DNA from: an uncultured Deinococcales bacterium
GTDB taxonomy: Bacteria > Deinococcota > Deinococci > Deinococcales > JAAFIG01
Assembly (NCBI GenBank): GCA_964247135.1
Contig: CAXTTL010000077.1
Location: 1 to 19,227, forward strand
Direction of reading: 5' to 3'
DNA: 19,227 nucleotides
Part shown: in pieces, positions 16,177 to 19,227 of the stretch
Position numbering within the stretch: the stretch's first letter is position 1
Layout: each line of letters starts with the position of its first letter
Program-made: the position numbers and the translations under genes
Notes under the pieces: model-generated
Told to the model about the DNA's origin: nothing
Databases searched by the model: none
Seen by the model: only the letters and a program-made list of their open reading frames with translations

Positions 16177-16292
16177 AAGCTCGAGTTTACCTTGCCCAGC
16201 CAGCCAAGTCCAAGGTTTGTGTTTTGCAAGTAACACCAAAAACGTAGCCAAAAGCACGTCTCGAGCCAGAATCCCGCGTTACAATCCGCCCC

Positions 16293-16925
16293 ATGACCCA
16301 GACCTTGAGACCAGCCGCCGCCACCGTCAAAGAAGCCATCGAAAGCCGCCGCAGCGTGCGCCAATTTGAGCAAACCCCAATGCCCGAAGCCGATTTGCTC
16401 GAGATTCTGCGCTTGACCAGCCTCGCCCAGAGTGCTTTCAACATGCAGCCCTGGCGTTTTGTGGTCGTGACCAACAAGGAAGTGAAAGCCAAGCTCGAGC
16501 TTGCCGCCAACGGTCAAAAGCAGGTCGGCAGTGCGCCGGTGGTGATTGCCGTGGTTGCCGACGGCGCTGAATTTCATCAGCCGACCGAACTGTTGGCACG
16601 TCCCGAAGTGCTGGCTGACCCCGAAAAATTTGAAAAGTACAAGGCGACGGTTGACCGCGCTTACGGTTCCAAACCCGTCGAGGCGAACACCGAATTTGCC
16701 GCCCGCATGAGTTACATCGCCATCGGGTATTTAACGCTCGCCGCCAGGGGTTTGGGTTACGACACCAGCGTGATGCTGGGCTTCAAACCAGCCGAGGTCA
16801 AAGCCCTGCTCGAGATTCCCGAACACGCCCAGGTCACGGCGTTGATTGCCCTCGGTCGAGGCGTCGAAGATGGCTTGCCGCACCACCGTTTGCCACTCGA
16901 GGTTTTAACGCGTTTTGTGCGTTGA
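16293..16925 (+). CDS. Nitroreductase family flavoprotein
   Basis: IESRRSVRQF, AQSAFNMQPWRFVVV, LGYDTSVMLGF, ALIALG, RLPLE; -10 TACAAT (16280-16285) 7 nt before ATG. Confidence 0.94.
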   Translation: MTQTLRPAAATVKEAIESRRSVRQFEQTPMPEADLLEILRLTSLAQSAFNMQPWRFVVVTNKEVKAKLELAANGQKQVGSAPVVIAVVADGAEFHQPTELLARPEVLADPEKFEKYKATVDRAYGSKPVEANTEFAARMSYIAIGYLTLAARGLGYDTSVMLGFKPAEVKALLEIPEHAQVTALIALGRGVEDGLPHHRLPLEVLTRFVR

Positions 16926-17022
16926 AAGGCTCGGTGCTTCGTTGATCGCTTTCAAGTTCGGGTAAAAGATTGATGTACCGACCATGACACGCCCATAAAC
17001 GGCAATGGATTATATTGAGTCC

Positions 17023-17805
17023 ATGATCGATCTTGCCACCCGCGCACGCACCCTGCTCGAGCTTCACACCGCCCCGCAAATCCTCAGCCTGACCAACGTC
17101 TGGGATGTCGTCTCGGCACAGGTTGTCGCCGCCACGCCAGGCACGACGGCACTCGCCACCGCCAGCCATTCGATTGCCGCGACCTTCGGTTACAAAGACG
17201 GCGAGAACATCCCGCTCGAGCTTCATTTCGACATGGTTCGGCGCATCGTCGCGGCGGTCGATCTGCCCGTCAGCATGGACTTTGAAGCCGGTTACGGACA
17301 CCCTGGCGAAACGGCACGAAAAGCCATCGCCGCCGGTGTGGTCGGCGGCAACCTCGAGGATCAAATGAAACCGCTCGAGGAGGCGGTCGCGGCGGTCAAA
17401 GCGGTGCTGGCTGCTGGACGTGAGGCTGGCATCGATTTTGTTCTCAACGCCCGCACCGACGCGCTGATACGCGCCGATGCCAACGCCCCGCGCAGCCAAG
17501 TTTTGGATGAAGCAATTCGCCGTGGACTCGCCTTTCTCGAGGCTGGCGCTCCGGTGGTTTTCGTGCCAGGGTTGGTGGCGAGGGACGAAATCAAATTGCT
17601 GGTCGAAGCGTTCGGACCCCAAAAACTGACCGTCATCAGCGTGCCAGGAAAGAGTCTGCCCGCTCGAGAACTCGAGGCGCTGGGTGTGGCTCGGGTTTCG
17701 ACCGGACCGTTCACGCAAAGGGTGGCACTCACGGCGCTGCAAGATGCGGCAACCGCAATGAATGCTGGCGGAGAGTTGCCAAAGGAAACACGGGCTTTGA
17801 ACTAA
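17023..17805 (+). CDS. Isocitrate lyase/PEP mutase family protein
   Basis: NVWDVVSA, ALATAS, GYKDGE, PVSMDFEAGYG, GGNLED, LNARTD, AGAPVVFVPG, LGVARVSTG; start moved to ATG 17023 (TATATT at 17011-17016, 6 nt upstream). Confidence 0.92.
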   Translation: MIDLATRARTLLELHTAPQILSLTNVWDVVSAQVVAATPGTTALATASHSIAATFGYKDGENIPLELHFDMVRRIVAAVDLPVSMDFEAGYGHPGETARKAIAAGVVGGNLEDQMKPLEEAVAAVKAVLAAGREAGIDFVLNARTDALIRADANAPRSQVLDEAIRRGLAFLEAGAPVVFVPGLVARDEIKLLVEAFGPQKLTVISVPGKSLPARELEALGVARVSTGPFTQRVALTALQDAATAMNAGGELPKETRALN

Positions 17806-17864
17806 GAACGTGTTGATGAAGTCGATTGGAACAAGAATATGGCGGTGGTTTGTTGTTGTTTTGA

Positions 17865-17929
17865 CTATAAGCTTTAAGCGATAAGCTCTAAGGAACATCG
17901 GTTTTTGGCTTACATATAGCAGCTTATAG
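17865..17929. repeat. Degenerate heptamer tandem repeat with inverted arm between convergent genes
   Basis: CTATAAG-CTTTAAG-CGATAAG-CTCTAAG (17865-17892); CTATAAGCT (17865-17873) is the exact reverse complement of AGCTTATAG (17921-17929). Confidence 0.55.
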
Positions 17930-17981
17930 CCCTACTCGAGACACCTTCATAAACACCTTCTAATGCGTTGGCTCGTCCGAT

Positions 17982-19028
17982 TCAACGCAGGGCGCGGGCA
18001 AACAATTGATCCCAAGCCGCCAAGGCAGGTTTGGGATCGAGATCGCTGGTGACCAAACCCAAATGCAAAAATGGCTCGAGGTTGCTGGGCAGGTTGCCGT
18101 CTGGAAAAAACGCTTTGCCGTCCAGGTCAGCAAATTGCAATTGAAAAACCCCCACGAGTTTGGCTTGATCGGCTTGTTCCGCCATTCGTCGAATGTACCT
18201 GGCTTGCAGGTTCGGGTTTGAATTGAAACCCGTTCCAGAACCCGAGGACCAGCCGCCCTCGACCAGCAAGGTTGGCAGCTTGTGACCTTGGATCACCTTT
18301 GACAGGTAATCGAGCGGAACCTCTTCGGGCGTGTTGTAATGCGCCAAATACGGGTAAGAGGAAAGTCCGACGGCTTGTAAAAACGGAAAATCGAGAAAGT
18401 CTTGTTCTGCGCCAACAAAAACGTTCGTTCCCTGGAAACGCCCCCAGGCGGTATCGACTTGAAGGCTGACAAAACGTTTGATGTTTGGCGCTAGCCTCGT
18501 CACATCGTTTGCGGCGGCATTCACCAACGGAACGAGCGCCGCATAAAGACTTGGATTTGCCAACCGAATCAAATTCGTTTCTGCCGCCAAACCCAGATAA
18601 CTGGGTTGAATCAACTGAGCGACCGCCAAAGTGTAAGCGCGGTAGAGGTTTTGAATCGCGGTTTCGTTCAAACTTCGCCCCGCCGCCACCAACTCTGGCG
18701 CCTCCTCGGCGCGGTTCAGACCATTGGTGATGTCCAACGTTACGACCAGCATCAGGTTTTTTTGCCGAAAATAATTCGCCACGGGCAATTCATTTGCCGC
18801 CAAAAGTTCTTGTGGCGTTTTGCCCTCGAGCAGAGCCTTCCAGGGAATAGCAATATGAAAAATGGCGGCGTCGGAGCGTTTGGTCCAAAGCTCGAGGGTC
18901 TGCACCGCTTGATTCACATCGGGTCGAGGTGGGAGGTTTTGGAAACCCATCCGGTAGGTTCGGGATTGAATCTCATTCAGAGACGTGCAGCACAGTAGTA
19001 TTAGCAAAAGGGGCAACACTTTGAACAT
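17982..19028 (-). CDS. Exported/lipoprotein glycoside-hydrolase-like TIM-barrel protein (clan GH-A-like)
   Basis: Signal peptide MFKVLPLLLILLCC; candidate catalytic Glu in YLGLAAETN and LLVEGGW; GLSSYPY; C-terminal LGLV...PKPALAAW; -10 TAAGGT (19040-19035) 6 nt before ATG 19028. Confidence 0.7.
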   Translation of the reverse strand: MFKVLPLLLILLCCTSLNEIQSRTYRMGFQNLPPRPDVNQAVQTLELWTKRSDAAIFHIAIPWKALLEGKTPQELLAANELPVANYFRQKNLMLVVTLDITNGLNRAEEAPELVAAGRSLNETAIQNLYRAYTLAVAQLIQPSYLGLAAETNLIRLANPSLYAALVPLVNAAANDVTRLAPNIKRFVSLQVDTAWGRFQGTNVFVGAEQDFLDFPFLQAVGLSSYPYLAHYNTPEEVPLDYLSKVIQGHKLPTLLVEGGWSSGSGTGFNSNPNLQARYIRRMAEQADQAKLVGVFQLQFADLDGKAFFPDGNLPSNLEPFLHLGLVTSDLDPKPALAAWDQLFARALR

Positions 19029-19059
19029 CACAAAACCTTACCGCAAAACGGTGAGTTCA

Positions 19060-19078
19060 GGCTAAGCTCAGCTTAGCC
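19060..19078. promoter_or_regulatory. Perfect inverted repeat (operator or 3' hairpin)
   Basis: GGCTAAGCT-C-AGCTTAGCC, right after the upstream stop codon and near the -35 zone of the 19028 gene. Confidence 0.45.
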
Positions 19079-19079
19079 A

Positions 19080-19227
19080 TCAACTCTCAGCGCCAGGGGT
19101 GTTCCAAACGCCACCCACCCCAAGCCAAGCGTTGACAAAATCCTCGGGCGGACTGCACTCGAGCTTGATGAGTTCGTTTGTAACCGGATGATAAACCTCG
19201 AGCCGCCAAGCCTGAAGTGCCTGCCGG
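19080..19227 (-). CDS. C-terminal end of an RluA/RluD-family pseudouridine synthase (5' part outside the window)
   Basis: Manual translation from 19226: RQALQAWRLEVYHPVTNELIKLECSPPEDFVNAWLGVGGVWNTPGAES*, matching RQALHA..L...HP.T.E......P.D. Confidence 0.75.
   Translation of the reverse strand, partial: RQALQAWRLEVYHPVTNELIKLECSPPEDFVNAWLGVGGVWNTPGAES

Larger units (their letters stand above)
177..19202. repeat. Highly iterated palindromic hexamer CTCGAG dispersed through the window
   Basis: About 140 occurrences by manual count (first 177, last 19197), versus about 5 expected from 19227/4096. Confidence 0.95.

Noticed and set aside
16177-16257. N-terminal extension of the MerR-like ORF
   Set aside because: Contains the likely -10 for ATG 16176; probably intergenic
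16922-16955. TTGAAAG...CTTTCAA inverted repeat after the nitroreductase
   Set aside because: AT-rich 7-bp arms, long imperfect interior and no U-tract; too weak to call a terminator
16834-17898. 354-aa minus-strand ORF
   Set aside because: Antisense to the GC-rich PEP-mutase-like gene; no motifs
177-19202. CTCGAG excess as a cloning or XhoI ligation artefact
   Set aside because: Sites lie inside intact, in-frame conserved genes in all three frames with no chimeric junctions
1-19227. CRISPR array, tRNA/rRNA, IS or prophage
   Set aside because: No regularly spaced long repeats, RNA gene signatures, transposase, integrase or phage genes seen

Overview
Gene-dense bacterial chromosomal window (about 50-55% GC). 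It is probably Deinococcota, inferred from pervasive leaderless TANNNT promoters and protein style, not proven. It encodes a multi-pass membrane protein, a pseudo-receiver histidine kinase, AzlC/AzlD, TetR plus DinB, a HAD hydrolase, a coupled ABC-type (DUF3696-like) ATPase + PIN-like nuclease pair, a DUF2330 protein behind an OmpR/EnvZ-type two-component system, a divergently arranged RelE/ParE-like toxin-antitoxin pair, an IorA/IorB-like molybdo-oxidoreductase, XisH/XisI, a MerR-HTH coiled-coil protein, a nitroreductase, an ICL/PEP-mutase family enzyme, a glycoside-hydrolase-like exported protein and the 3' end of an RluA/RluD pseudouridine synthase. The most striking signal is the palindrome CTCGAG. 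I counted about 140 copies by hand (about 1 per 135 bp, versus about 5 expected). It occurs in all three reading frames, in promoters and as a paired terminator stem, like a HIP1/DNA-uptake-sequence element. Other highlights are the ATPase+PIN candidate defence module with an AT-rich internal segment, and a TA pair whose antitoxin looks inverted out of the usual operon.
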